A stretch of 63,721 bases of DNA, counting the filler. It is 5 parts of 5 records of this genome, joined end to end, with 100 filler letters (N's around TTAATTAATTAA, not from the genome) between each part and the next. Parts side by side here need not be neighbours in the genome. Positions count along the whole stretch, not along the records: positions 1 to 20,446 come from SRR20825010_806; 4 more parts are not named here. One strand, 5' to 3'. Position 1 is the first letter of the stretch. Each line of letters starts with the position of its first letter. This document shows, piece after piece, positions 9,786 to 20,059 of this stretch. Both the position numbers and the translations under genes were made by a program. The notes beneath the pieces were generated by a model that was given only the letters and a program-made list of their open reading frames with translations, had not been told where the DNA came from and did no database searches.

Positions 9786-10760
9786 ATGTTATCTATCGAA
9801 GCTTACAGAGACGCTTTTATTAGTCACTTAGAAAAAGAAATTGTTACAAAAGAGCCTGTAAATTTATACAAACCAATACATTACATTTTAAACTTAGGCG
9901 GAAAACGTTTACGTCCAGTGCTAACTTTAATGACTGCTGATATTTTTGGAACAGACTATAAAAAAGCTATGCACGCAGCCATGGCTGTTGAAATGTTTCA
10001 TAATTTTTCTTTAGTCCATGACGACATTATGGACGATGCTCCTCTTAGAAGAGGCAAAGAAACGGTACATGAGAAATGGGATTTAAACACAGGAATTCTT
10101 TCTGGAGACGCAATGCTTATTGTAGCGTATCAATTTTTTGAAAATTATGATGCTGAAACTTTTCAGCAATTGGCAAAACTTTTTAGCAAAACAGCAATAG
10201 AGGTTTGCGAGGGTCAGCAATATGATGTTGATTTTGAAACTAGAGATGATGTAACCATCGATGAATACTTAAAAATGATAACCTATAAAACAGCCGTTCT
10301 TGTTGGAGCTGCTATGAAAATGGGAGCCATAATAAGCAAAACCGATGAAAAAGAAGCACAAGCTATTTATGATTTTGGACTTAATTTAGGGATTGCTTTT
10401 CAGTTAAAAGACGATTATTTAGATGCTTTTGGAGACCCAAAAACATTTGGAAAGCAAGTAGGAGGAGATATTATAGAGAACAAAAAAACATATTTATATT
10501 TAAAAACTCTCGAACATTTAAATACTGAAGAAGCAGAACAATTACATCATTTATACTCTATTAATCCAAATGAATCTTCCAATAAAGTACAAGCTGTTAA
10601 AGAATTAATGGTTTCCAGCAAAGCATCCGACGCTACTTTAAAAGCAATTGAAGCGTATACCGAAAAAGCATTAAACGTTCTTGATGAATTAGCAATAGCA
10701 GCTCCTAAAAAAGAAGTTTTAAGGGCTTTTGCTAATATGCTAATGGGCAGACAAGTATAG
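9786..10760 (+). CDS. Polyprenyl synthetase (FPP/GGPP synthase family)
   Basis: GGKRLRP, first aspartate-rich motif HDDIMD-x4-RRG, second motif FQLKDDYLD. Confidence 0.93.
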   Translation: MLSIEAYRDAFISHLEKEIVTKEPVNLYKPIHYILNLGGKRLRPVLTLMTADIFGTDYKKAMHAAMAVEMFHNFSLVHDDIMDDAPLRRGKETVHEKWDLNTGILSGDAMLIVAYQFFENYDAETFQQLAKLFSKTAIEVCEGQQYDVDFETRDDVTIDEYLKMITYKTAVLVGAAMKMGAIISKTDEKEAQAIYDFGLNLGIAFQLKDDYLDAFGDPKTFGKQVGGDIIENKKTYLYLKTLEHLNTEEAEQLHHLYSINPNESSNKVQAVKELMVSSKASDATLKAIEAYTEKALNVLDELAIAAPKKEVLRAFANMLMGRQV

Positions 10761-10770
10761 TTAACACCTT

Positions 10771-13044
10771 TTAATCCAACTGATAACGAACTCCTACAAA
10801 ACCTCGAATCCCTTGGTTTGGTCCATACACATAGGAAGGATCAAATGTAAGTGCATACGGATTATTGGGAGTTGCTTGTGCATTCCCTTGTGCATCAAAA
10901 ATTACATTTTCATCAAAAGGGTCGTTAGCACGAGCTATTATAAATGGATTTCCTTTGTTTGGTGTCCAATTCAATAAATTTTTTACGCCTCCATATATTT
11001 CGAAGTTTTTAAATCCATCATAAGTAAATTGTATGTTTTGAATACTCCAAACAGGAGAATACTCTTTTCGAGGATCCAACTCCCCTAAGAGAGGTAATCG
11101 CATCGGTCCATAAATATTTCCAGTATAATCTATATTTAAATCCCAAGGCACTATTTTATATGATATTCCCCATGTTCCAGAAAACTGTTCTGTTAAAATT
11201 TGCCGAGTGGTAATTCCATTTTCTGTTTGCGAAACATTCATAAAAGTCCCTCCTAAATTTATTTTTATTCCATTGTAGAAAACCATATCCACATTTGCAC
11301 TTACCCCTGTACTCACTGCATATCCGTCCAAATTATCATATATAATTTCATTCGGATTAGTATCATAATCTGGTAAAATCATATTTGTAAAATAGGTATA
11401 CCATGCCGACATATCCAAACCAATGAAGCTATTGTTTTGTGTGTAAATTTTCTTCAAGTAATTAATATTAACATTATAGGATTTTTCTGGCTTTAATTCT
11501 TCTTCAATAACTACATCTCGAGCCCCAGTGAGGGCAGCATGATCTTCAGTAAAAAGATTAACTACTCTAAATCCAGTCCCAGCATTGAGTCGCAAAATAT
11601 CATTTTCAGAAAGACTCCACTTATAAGCCATCCTCGGTGTGAAAATATTTCCATGACGCTTATCATAATCGTAACGCATTCCTAAAAGAAGGGTATGTTT
11701 TTTATTAAATTTTACTTCATCTTGAATAAAAATACTTGGAATAGTAACTTCATCTGGATTGTTTTTATCCATTTCTGCTGTTGCAGCAGTATTATCATCG
11801 TAGAAATTATAGCGCAAAGCTGCACCAAAAAGTAAATCGTGTTTATTTATTTTTTTATCCCAAGTAAGCTGCCCAAATCCAATCCGTTGATCTGCCAGAT
11901 AGGAAACATCTCCATAAACCGAATTCTGATTATGGTCTGTATATGAAAAAGTAAAAAGGAAGTTTTCTTTAAAAGGAAGTTGATATTTTCCAAGAAATTC
12001 CCATCTAGACGTATAGATACTTTCTCCATAAATTTCATCACCTCCTCTATATTCTGGAGTCCATTGCAATTCTCCTCCCCATCTATCTTCATAAAAATAA
12101 CGTGACGCTAAAGAGAATAAACGGTTATCTTTTCTCTTAAAATTCCACTTTTGAAATAAAGAAATACGATTCTGCAAAGTAAGATCAGTAAAATTATCGT
12201 TGTTATTATCTATAGTCTGATTAAAATTAAAGTAATTAGCTCCAAATAAAAAAGAAGTTTTTTTACCTAACAAGGCTCTGTACCCAACATCCAAATTAAA
12301 TTCTCCCCAGGAAGAAGCAAAAGTATCTACCGTAAGTTTTGGGGCATATTGTGGAGTTTTTGTAATTATATTTATGAGCCCCCCAACCGCTTCGCTCCCA
12401 TATAAAGAAGAAGCTGGTCCTTTAATAATTTCCATTCTTTCAATCAAAGAATTTGGAATTCCAGAAAGCCCATACACCGTTGACAATCCGCTTACAATAG
12501 GCATTCCATCAATTAAAACCATTGTATAAGGACCTTCTAATCCATTTATATGAATATCTCCAGTATTACAAATATTACAATTAAGCTGTGGACGGACTCC
12601 ATTTACGTTTTGCAAAGCTTCAAAAACATTTGCAGTAGGATTTTTTTTAAAAAATGCAGGCTTATATACCTCTACAGGCACTGGCGTTTCCATCCTACTT
12701 ACAGGTTTTAAAGTTCCAGTAATTACAACCTCCTCCAAACTAGAATTTTCGTGCAATATAAAATTTACAGTTAGCGAATTTTCCTTCACATTAATTTTTT
12801 TGCTTTCCGTAGAAAAACCAGTATAAGAAGCTACAATTATATGTTCTCCATTACTGATATTATTAATTTCAAAAACTCCATTCTCATCGGTTGATGTTCC
12901 ATTTTGCGTTCCTTTTATATACACATTCGCATAAGCTAACGGACTCCCATCTGAAGTAACAACACCTTTTACTTGCTGAGAAAATACTGAACCAAATGAA
13001 ATCAAGGCTATTAATAGTACTAAATATTTATTATTAATTTTCAT
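10771..13044 (-). CDS. TonB-dependent receptor with N-terminal carboxypeptidase-like domain
   Basis: Signal peptide, EEVVITGT, plug motif IERMEIIKGPASSLYGSEAVGGLINIITK, C-terminal barrel strand; CNIC motif in the plug. Confidence 0.92.
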   Translation of the reverse strand: MKINNKYLVLLIALISFGSVFSQQVKGVVTSDGSPLAYANVYIKGTQNGTSTDENGVFEINNISNGEHIIVASYTGFSTESKKINVKENSLTVNFILHENSSLEEVVITGTLKPVSRMETPVPVEVYKPAFFKKNPTANVFEALQNVNGVRPQLNCNICNTGDIHINGLEGPYTMVLIDGMPIVSGLSTVYGLSGIPNSLIERMEIIKGPASSLYGSEAVGGLINIITKTPQYAPKLTVDTFASSWGEFNLDVGYRALLGKKTSFLFGANYFNFNQTIDNNNDNFTDLTLQNRISLFQKWNFKRKDNRLFSLASRYFYEDRWGGELQWTPEYRGGDEIYGESIYTSRWEFLGKYQLPFKENFLFTFSYTDHNQNSVYGDVSYLADQRIGFGQLTWDKKINKHDLLFGAALRYNFYDDNTAATAEMDKNNPDEVTIPSIFIQDEVKFNKKHTLLLGMRYDYDKRHGNIFTPRMAYKWSLSENDILRLNAGTGFRVVNLFTEDHAALTGARDVVIEEELKPEKSYNVNINYLKKIYTQNNSFIGLDMSAWYTYFTNMILPDYDTNPNEIIYDNLDGYAVSTGVSANVDMVFYNGIKINLGGTFMNVSQTENGITTRQILTEQFSGTWGISYKIVPWDLNIDYTGNIYGPMRLPLLGELDPRKEYSPVWSIQNIQFTYDGFKNFEIYGGVKNLLNWTPNKGNPFIIARANDPFDENVIFDAQGNAQATPNNPYALTFDPSYVYGPNQGIRGFVGVRYQLD

Positions 13045-13051
13045 CTAAAAT

Positions 13052-13103
13052 AATTTTTAGACAAATCTAAAAATTTGTTTTTAAATAAAAAAATGTATTT
13101 TTG
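13052..13103. promoter_or_regulatory. Putative MntR/DtxR operator overlapping the mntR promoter
   Basis: Perfect palindrome AATTTTTAGA-caaa-TCTAAAAATT (13052-13075); -33 TTTG 13074-13077 and -7 TATTTTTG 13096-13103. Confidence 0.7.
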
Positions 13104-13120
13104 TACAAACTAAAAACAGC

Positions 13121-13774
13121 ATGACGCTTTCAGAAGAAGACTATATTAAAGCCATATATCATTTATCAAAAGATGAGCAAAAAGGAGTTTCCACCAATGC
13201 CATAGCTGCACAAATGGACACCAAAGCATCATCTGTTACTGATATGATAAAAAGGTTAGCAGAAAAAAAAGTGGTTCATTATAAAAAATACCAAGGAGCT
13301 AGATTAACAGAAGAAGGAAAAGCATATGCGGCAAAAATTATACGTAAACATAGGCTATGGGAGTTTTTTTTAGTTGAAAAACTTAATTTTTCTTGGGATG
13401 AAGTTCATGATATTGCAGAAGAATTAGAGCATATAAAAAGTGATAAACTTATTGAGAAACTAGATACTTTTTTAGATTATCCTAGAATAGATCCACATGG
13501 CGATCCAATTCCAGACAGTAATGGAAACATTAAAAAAGTGGAAAAAACACTCCTTTCTTCAATAAAAAAAGGAAAAAAAGGAATTGTGGTAGGAGTGAAA
13601 GATTCTTCTTCAGAGTTTTTAAGATATCTCGACAAACTAAACATTGCGTTAGGAGAAGAAATTACGGTATTAAACAAGGAACCTTTTGACAACTCAGTGC
13701 TAATAAAACTCAATGATTCTGAGATTAATATCTCCGCTATGACTGCCAATAATATCTTCCTGAAAACTAATTAA
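13121..13774 (+). CDS. mntR: DtxR/MntR family metal-dependent repressor with C-terminal FeoA/SH3 domain
   Basis: SEEDYIKAIY, RKHRLWEFFL, AEELEH, DPHGDPIP; adjacent to an Nramp gene. Confidence 0.88.
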   Translation: MTLSEEDYIKAIYHLSKDEQKGVSTNAIAAQMDTKASSVTDMIKRLAEKKVVHYKKYQGARLTEEGKAYAAKIIRKHRLWEFFLVEKLNFSWDEVHDIAEELEHIKSDKLIEKLDTFLDYPRIDPHGDPIPDSNGNIKKVEKTLLSSIKKGKKGIVVGVKDSSSEFLRYLDKLNIALGEEITVLNKEPFDNSVLIKLNDSEINISAMTANNIFLKTN

Positions 13775-13775
13775 T

Positions 13776-15650
13776 ATGTCTAAGGAGAGTCACCATTCAT
13801 TGGATGAAGTCCATGAAAGTATTAATACTACTTCCCAAAAATCTCTTTGGAAACGTATCCTTTCATTCTTTGGTCCAGCCTATTTAATAAGTGTTGGTTA
13901 TATGGATCCTGGAAATTGGGCTACCGATATAGCAGGAGGAAGTCAATTTGGATATTCCTTACTTTGGGTGTTATTAATGTCTAATATTATGGCATTATTA
14001 CTGCAAAGTTTAAGTGCACGTTTAGGAATTGTTAGAGGCAAAGATTTGGCTCAAGCCTCTAAAGAAAGTTATCCAAAATTTATAAACTACATTCTTTATT
14101 TTTTAGCTGAAATTGCCATAGCGGCAACAGATTTAGCTGAAGTACTTGGAATGGCAATTGGTTTACAGCTGTTATTTGACATTCCATTACTCTGGGGTGT
14201 CTGTTTTACCATGCTTGATACCTTCTTATTACTTTTTTTAATCAATAAAGGAATTCGGAAAATGGAAGCCTTTATTATTGCACTAATAAGTATTATAGGG
14301 CTCTCTTTTCTTTTTGAAATGTTTTTTGCAAAGCCAGATTTTACAGCTGTAGCCTCTGGATTAATTCCATCTATTCCAGACAGTGACGCTTTATATATTG
14401 CTATTGGAATTATTGGTGCTACAGTAATGCCTCACAATTTATATTTACATTCGTCTTTAGTACAAACTAGAAAATTTAATAGGGATTTTAAAAGCATAAA
14501 GCAGGCAATTAAGTACAATTTAATCGACTCGACAATTGCTTTAAACCTTGCTTTTTTTGTGAATGCTGCTATTTTGATCCTTGCTGCCGCCACATTCTAT
14601 AAAAATGGGATGTTTCAAATTGCAGAAATTCAAGATGCACATAAATTATTAGCTCCATTATTAGGTTCTAAATGGGCACCAATCCTTTTTGCTCTTGCAT
14701 TAATTGCTGCCGGACAAAGCTCTACCGTTACTGGAACACTAGCGGGACAAATTGCAATGGAAGGGTATTTAAATCTGAGAATTCAACCTTGGGTACGAAG
14801 AATTATAACGAGAATTCTAGCTATAGTACCTGCGGTATTAACCATTTTAATTTTAGGAGAAGGAGCAACAGGAAAACTTCTCGTTTTTAGTCAGGTTATT
14901 TTAAGCTTACAATTAGGCTTTGCCGTTATTCCTCTCATACATTTTGTAAGTAATAAAAAATTAATGGGAAAATTTGCCATTAAAACACCTATTAAAATTA
15001 TTTCTTGGATAATTGCTTTGGTCATTATTTCTTTAAATATAAAACTCGTTTACAACGAAGTTTCTAAATGGCTACTCACTAGCCAACACCCTCTATGGAT
15101 CTGGGTAGTTATAATTCCTCTAGCTATTGGAGCTATTGCGCTGCTTTTTTATATTTTATTTTATCCCACTCATAAAGAACGGAAAGAAAAACATGTTCCT
15201 CATATTGATAAAGTTCAATTTAATAAACTCCCTACTGCACATGATTATACAAACATTGCAATTGCAATTGATTTTTCTGAGGCTGATAAAAAAGGGATTG
15301 ATATGGCTCTAAAATTAGGTAAGAATAATGCTGAATACACACTAATTCATATTGTAGAAACTGCTGGAGCTTTAATTTACGGTAAAGAGATTAACGACCA
15401 TGAAGCAGCAACCGACAAGGAATACTTAGAGTCTTATCAAAAAATATTAATAGCACAAGGCTATAAAGTCGATATAAAATTGGATTTTGGGAGTCCAAAA
15501 AAGCAAATCCCAAAAATTATAAATAACGGAAATTACAATCTTCTCATTATGGGAACTCATGGACATGAATTTTTTAAGGACTTAATTTTCGGAACAACGA
15601 TTGACAAAGTACGTCATCGAGTAAAAACACCAGTATTAATTGTAAAATAA
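13776..15650 (+). CDS. mntH: Nramp divalent metal transporter with C-terminal USP-like domain
   Basis: GYMDPGNW and GATVMPHNLYLHS signatures; C-terminal IAIAIDFS...LLIMGTHGH...IFGTT...PVLIV universal-stress-protein pattern. Confidence 0.92.
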   Translation: MSKESHHSLDEVHESINTTSQKSLWKRILSFFGPAYLISVGYMDPGNWATDIAGGSQFGYSLLWVLLMSNIMALLLQSLSARLGIVRGKDLAQASKESYPKFINYILYFLAEIAIAATDLAEVLGMAIGLQLLFDIPLLWGVCFTMLDTFLLLFLINKGIRKMEAFIIALISIIGLSFLFEMFFAKPDFTAVASGLIPSIPDSDALYIAIGIIGATVMPHNLYLHSSLVQTRKFNRDFKSIKQAIKYNLIDSTIALNLAFFVNAAILILAAATFYKNGMFQIAEIQDAHKLLAPLLGSKWAPILFALALIAAGQSSTVTGTLAGQIAMEGYLNLRIQPWVRRIITRILAIVPAVLTILILGEGATGKLLVFSQVILSLQLGFAVIPLIHFVSNKKLMGKFAIKTPIKIISWIIALVIISLNIKLVYNEVSKWLLTSQHPLWIWVVIIPLAIGAIALLFYILFYPTHKERKEKHVPHIDKVQFNKLPTAHDYTNIAIAIDFSEADKKGIDMALKLGKNNAEYTLIHIVETAGALIYGKEINDHEAATDKEYLESYQKILIAQGYKVDIKLDFGSPKKQIPKIINNGNYNLLIMGTHGHEFFKDLIFGTTIDKVRHRVKTPVLIVK

Positions 15651-15659
15651 CCAATCCTT

Positions 15660-16484
15660 ATGTTTAACGATATTGTAAATTATTTAAGAGAAATAGATCC
15701 TACTTTAGCTGCTTTTTATGCAACCCTTTTTACTTGGGGACTTACAGCAATAGGTGCTTCTCTCGTTTTTTTCTTTAAAAAAATGAATCGGAAACTCTTT
15801 GATGGAATGTTAGGGTTTACGGGAGGTGTAATGGTTGCTGCTAGTTTCTGGAGCTTATTAGCGCCAGGAATTGAAATGAGCCCTGGAGAAGGATTTATAA
15901 AAACCATCCCGGCAGTTACTGGCTTTGGATTAGGAGCTTTATTTATCTTCGCCTTAGATAAAATACTACCTCATTTACATGTTAATTTTAAAATGAGCGA
16001 AAAAGAAGGTATTAAAACCCCTTGGCATAAATCTGTATTACTTACACTTGCTATTACCATGCATAATATTCCTGAAGGATTAGCAATTGGAGTTTTATTT
16101 GGGGGTGTTGCCGCTGGAATTCCAGAAGCTTCTATTGAAGGTGCTGTTATTTTAGCACTTGGTATTGGAATTCAGAATTTTCCTGAAGGTTTTGCTGTAG
16201 CTATGCCCTTGCGAGGCTTAGGTTTAAGTAGATGGAAAAGCTTTAACTACGGACAATTATCGGCTATTGTAGAGCCCGTTGCTGCTGTTCTCGGCGCATG
16301 GGCAGTACTTACCTTTGAGCCAATTTTACCATATGCACTCTGCTTTGCTGCTGGTGCAATGATTTTTGTAGTGGTAGAAGAAGTAGTTCCAGAATCTCAA
16401 CAAGCAAACCATACCGATATCTCTACCTTAGGTTTTATTGGTGGCTTTATTGTAATGATGACTTTAGACGTGGCATTGGGTTAA
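15660..16484 (+). CDS. ZIP family metal transporter (GufA/ZupT-like)
   Basis: HNIPEGLAIG and QNFPEG metal-binding helices, ILPHLH. Confidence 0.92.
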   Translation: MFNDIVNYLREIDPTLAAFYATLFTWGLTAIGASLVFFFKKMNRKLFDGMLGFTGGVMVAASFWSLLAPGIEMSPGEGFIKTIPAVTGFGLGALFIFALDKILPHLHVNFKMSEKEGIKTPWHKSVLLTLAITMHNIPEGLAIGVLFGGVAAGIPEASIEGAVILALGIGIQNFPEGFAVAMPLRGLGLSRWKSFNYGQLSAIVEPVAAVLGAWAVLTFEPILPYALCFAAGAMIFVVVEEVVPESQQANHTDISTLGFIGGFIVMMTLDVALG

Positions 16485-16531
16485 TTTTACCCAATAATAA
16501 ATACTAAAGTTGATACTTGAACGAAATTTTT

Positions 16532-16981
16532 TTAGTTTGCAGACGATGTATGGTCGCTTATTATAACCCATTGCCCATCAAACTTACGCCATACCAATGT
16601 AAAATAACCACTTAAATCGCCTATAGTTCTTTTTAAATAAAAGGATCCTATCATTTGCGCTACCCCGTCTTTTACTTGTTGTAGTTTAATTACTTCAAAA
16701 GTTAATTTCCCCATTGCAGTAGTATCTGGGTAACTTTTTAGGTAGCGTTCTTTTGTTGCTTCCCATCCAAATACAGCCCCCGAGGAACCTGAAAAGGCTA
16801 AATCTTCAGATTTCCAATACCCTTCCATAAATGCTGGGATATCTCCTCGATTCCAAGCTAGTTCTTGCTGATTAAAAACCTCTAAAATTTCAGATTTATT
16901 AATATCCGAAAGTTTTTCTTGTGCTGTAATAATTCCTAAAGAAAAACAAAAAAATAGTAGCGTATTGTATAGTTTTTTCAT
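16532..16981 (-). CDS. Secreted NTF2/SnoaL-like (DUF4440/YybH) protein
   Basis: AWNRGDIPAFMEGYW ... WVIISDHTS pattern, signal peptide. Confidence 0.8.
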   Translation of the reverse strand: MKKLYNTLLFFCFSLGIITAQEKLSDINKSEILEVFNQQELAWNRGDIPAFMEGYWKSEDLAFSGSSGAVFGWEATKERYLKSYPDTTAMGKLTFEVIKLQQVKDGVAQMIGSFYLKRTIGDLSGYFTLVWRKFDGQWVIISDHTSSAN

Positions 16982-17286
16982 TCGAAAAATTTTAAGTTAA
17001 TTTTCAATATTTTATATAATTAAGCGCTAGTGTCTGAACAAAGACACAAGACCGCTTCGCTGTATAATAAAAGACCAAACTGTAATGACCATAAAATCTT
17101 GCTCTCTTAAAAACCTTCACTTTCTTTATCCTTTTGTAAAGCTTATTATTTTAGTCATTGCAAGCCTCTCCACGAGAGTTTTATCAGTATAAATTTAAAG
17201 GAACAAAATATGAATTATTAACCAAAGTAAAGTTACTTTAATAATCCTCAGGCTAAGATTTATGGAATTAAACTTTCCACGAAGAA

Positions 17287-17799
17287 TCAATCTACTAAAT
17301 CAAGAGAAGCTTCAATGATGTGTAGCGATGACCATTGCTGGCTTTTTGCTTCTTGATAAATAGCAACTAACCTTTCTTTATAATCGCTCATAAGTCCGTG
17401 TTGCATGGTATATTTAACAGCTTCATCAAAAGACTTTGCCATACTCTTATAAAAAGCATCACTTTTAAGCATTTTTTCTTTATTAAAAGTTTGAGCTATT
17501 TCAATGTTAAACCACATTACATCTGCAACTAAAATTGGATTAACTCCCAACTCTAAAAAATGTTTTATATATTTTTGAGCGATGGAACGTCTGGCTTTTG
17601 GTTTTCTTCTAGTTACTGGGAAATACTCGTTAGCAATTTTTGTTTTTGCTTCGTCAATTAATTTATCTTCTTTCGGATTAAAAACAAAATCATAATACAC
17701 TTTTACGTCTTTAAAGCGAGTATATAAATCTAAAACTTGTGCTTCAAGTTCTTTCTTTTTTAAAGTTTGAAGATACTTTTTTAAATCGCGTTTCGACAT
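17287..17799 (-). CDS. Conserved Bacteroidota protein (DUF6155-like)
   Basis: MSKRDLKKYL...LDLY...YYDFVFNP family pattern recognised from memory; downstream of feo genes. Confidence 0.7.
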   Translation of the reverse strand: MSKRDLKKYLQTLKKKELEAQVLDLYTRFKDVKVYYDFVFNPKEDKLIDEAKTKIANEYFPVTRRKPKARRSIAQKYIKHFLELGVNPILVADVMWFNIEIAQTFNKEKMLKSDAFYKSMAKSFDEAVKYTMQHGLMSDYKERLVAIYQEAKSQQWSSLHIIEASLDLVD

Positions 17800-17802
17800 A
17801 TA

Positions 17803-17952
17803 TTAATGGCAGTTACAATCTCCTTCCCCGCAGTTTCCGTTATTATTTTTCCCTAATAAGGAATTAAGTGTTTTAGGGAATATAAATTTAAGCGTTAAAT
17901 ATGCAACAGCTAAAATTAAGATGATATAAACTATAATACTTTGAAAATCCAT
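17803..17952 (-). CDS. FeoB-associated Cys-rich membrane protein (49 aa, not in ORF track)
   Basis: Manual translation MDFQSIIVYIILILAVAYLTLKFIFPKTLNSLLGKNNNGNCGEGDCNCH*: one TM helix plus C-x4-C-x-C-H tail, 7 nt after the feoB stop. Confidence 0.85.
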   Translation of the reverse strand: MDFQSIIVYIILILAVAYLTLKFIFPKTLNSLLGKNNNGNCGEGDCNCH

Positions 17953-17959
17953 TCTAAAA

Positions 17960-20059
17960 CTATTTAATTAATTGATACGCAATTAGCGCTACAACATAAG
18001 CAAATCCACTCATAAATATTAACTGAGCGGCAGGCCATTTCCAACTATTTGTTTCTCGTTTTACAATAGCAAGCGTACTCATACATTGCATTGCAAAGGC
18101 ATAAAACAATAGTAACGAAATTCCAGAAGCTAAATTAAACAGCGGTGCTCCTGTTTCGGGATGCGTTTCTGATGCCATTCTGTTTTTTATAGTCTCTTCT
18201 TCGTCACTTCCAACGCTATAAATTGTTGCTAATGTTCCTACAAAAACTTCTCTAGCTGCAAACGAACTGATTACTGCTATTCCTATTTTCCAATCGTATC
18301 CTAAGGGTAGAATAGCAGGTTCTATTGCTTTTCCAGCAATCCCAATATAAGAATTTCGTAATTTATAAGACGCTATTTTTGTAGAAAGTTCGTCCTCCGA
18401 TAAATGCTGAGACTCGCTTTGCGCAGTAATTATCTCTGCTGCATTATGGAACTTCTCTGAAGGACCATTGGAAGCTAGAAACCATAAAACTATAGAAATG
18501 GCTAAAATAATTTTACCTGCGCCAAACACAAAGCTTTTTGTTTTTTCCACCACCGTAATAACTACATTTTTTAACAACGGAAGCTTATAACTTGGCATTT
18601 CTACCACAAAGAAAGTTCTACTTTTTATTTTTAAAATTTTATTTAAGAGCCACGCAGAAAAAACGGCCATTCCAAAACCTAATAAATATAGCAACATCAA
18701 GGTAAAACCTTGCAGATTCATCCCTAAAAAACGATCGTTTGGAATAACCAATGAGATAATAATTAGATATACAGGGAGCCTAGCAGAACAGGTTGTAAAA
18801 GGAGTTACCAAAATAGTAATAAGGCGCTCTTTCCAGTTCTCTATATTTCTGGTAGCCATTACCGCTGGAATAGCACAAGCAGTTCCAGAAATTAAAGGCA
18901 CCACACTCTTCCCACTTAGCCCAAACTTACGCATTATTTTATCCATTAAAAACACAACGCGACTCATATATCCAGATTCTTCTAGGATGGAAATAAAGAG
19001 AAATAAAAAGGCTATTTGTGGAATAAAAATCACAATTCCTCCAAGTCCAGGAATAATACCTTCAGCAATTAAATTGGTTAACGTCCCCGGTGGTAAGGTT
19101 TCTTTTGCCCACTCACTAAACGATGCAAAAGTAGCATCAATAAAATCCATTGGATAGCTACTCCAATCGTAAATAGCTTGAAAAATAGTAAGAAGTATTA
19201 AAAAGAAAATTACATATCCCCATATTTTATGGGTTAAAATTCTATCTAAAGAAGCACGAAACCCTTTAGCAGCATTTTCATCAACTTTATAACCTTCTTT
19301 TAAAACTCCATTTATAAATTGGTATCGCAACACCGTTTCTTTGTGTTGCATTCTTTTTAATTCTGATTTAGATTTTGTGGAAAAAGCAGAAGTATCTTTC
19401 ACTAAATTCCTATCTAAATTAACAAAGTTAGCATCTTGAGTAATTACCAACCATAGTTTATAAATATCCTGTTGTGGGAAAGCCGACTTTAATCCGCCGA
19501 AATATTCAGAATCTATAACCGTTGCATCTACGCAAGGTTCTGTAGATATATTTTTATAGTTTGTAATTAATTCTTTTAGATTATCTATCCCTTGCTTTTT
19601 ACGTGTACTTACAACAGCAACCTTGGTATTTAATCTCTTTTCAAGAATTTCTTGGTCTATAGAAATCCCTCTCCGCTCCATTCTATCTGCCATATTAACA
19701 ACTAGAATAGTCGGTATTTTTAAATCTTTAATTTGTGTAAAAAGAAGTAAATTTCTTTTAAGATTTTCAACGTCTGTAACAACAATAGCAACATCTGGAA
19801 AATCTTTATCGTTTTTATTCAGCAACAATTCTATAACTACATTTTCGTCAAGAGAATTAGCGTTTAAACTATACGTTCCTGGTAAATCTATAATATGAGC
19901 TTTTACGCCTCTCGGAAGTTTACAAACCCCTTCCTTTTTTTCAACCGTAATTCCTGGGTAATTACCTACTTTTTGATTTAATCCTGTTAACTGATTAAAT
20001 ACTGAAGTCTTTCCTGTATTTGGATTCCCTATGAGGGCAACATTAATCTGCTTACTCAT
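17960..20059 (-). CDS. feoB: Ferrous iron transport protein B
   Basis: GNPNTGKT, VGNYPGITVE, DLPGTYSL, NMAD G-motifs; ILEESGYMSR; TCSARLPVY. Confidence 0.97.
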   Translation of the reverse strand: MSKQINVALIGNPNTGKTSVFNQLTGLNQKVGNYPGITVEKKEGVCKLPRGVKAHIIDLPGTYSLNANSLDENVVIELLLNKNDKDFPDVAIVVTDVENLKRNLLLFTQIKDLKIPTILVVNMADRMERRGISIDQEILEKRLNTKVAVVSTRKKQGIDNLKELITNYKNISTEPCVDATVIDSEYFGGLKSAFPQQDIYKLWLVITQDANFVNLDRNLVKDTSAFSTKSKSELKRMQHKETVLRYQFINGVLKEGYKVDENAAKGFRASLDRILTHKIWGYVIFFLILLTIFQAIYDWSSYPMDFIDATFASFSEWAKETLPPGTLTNLIAEGIIPGLGGIVIFIPQIAFLFLFISILEESGYMSRVVFLMDKIMRKFGLSGKSVVPLISGTACAIPAVMATRNIENWKERLITILVTPFTTCSARLPVYLIIISLVIPNDRFLGMNLQGFTLMLLYLLGFGMAVFSAWLLNKILKIKSRTFFVVEMPSYKLPLLKNVVITVVEKTKSFVFGAGKIILAISIVLWFLASNGPSEKFHNAAEIITAQSESQHLSEDELSTKIASYKLRNSYIGIAGKAIEPAILPLGYDWKIGIAVISSFAAREVFVGTLATIYSVGSDEEETIKNRMASETHPETGAPLFNLASGISLLLFYAFAMQCMSTLAIVKRETNSWKWPAAQLIFMSGFAYVVALIAYQLIK

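Noticed and set aside
17022-17057. Small hairpin AAGCG...GTGTCT-gaacaa-AGACAC...CGCTT
   Set aside because: Single degenerate copy; cannot support a REP or riboswitch call
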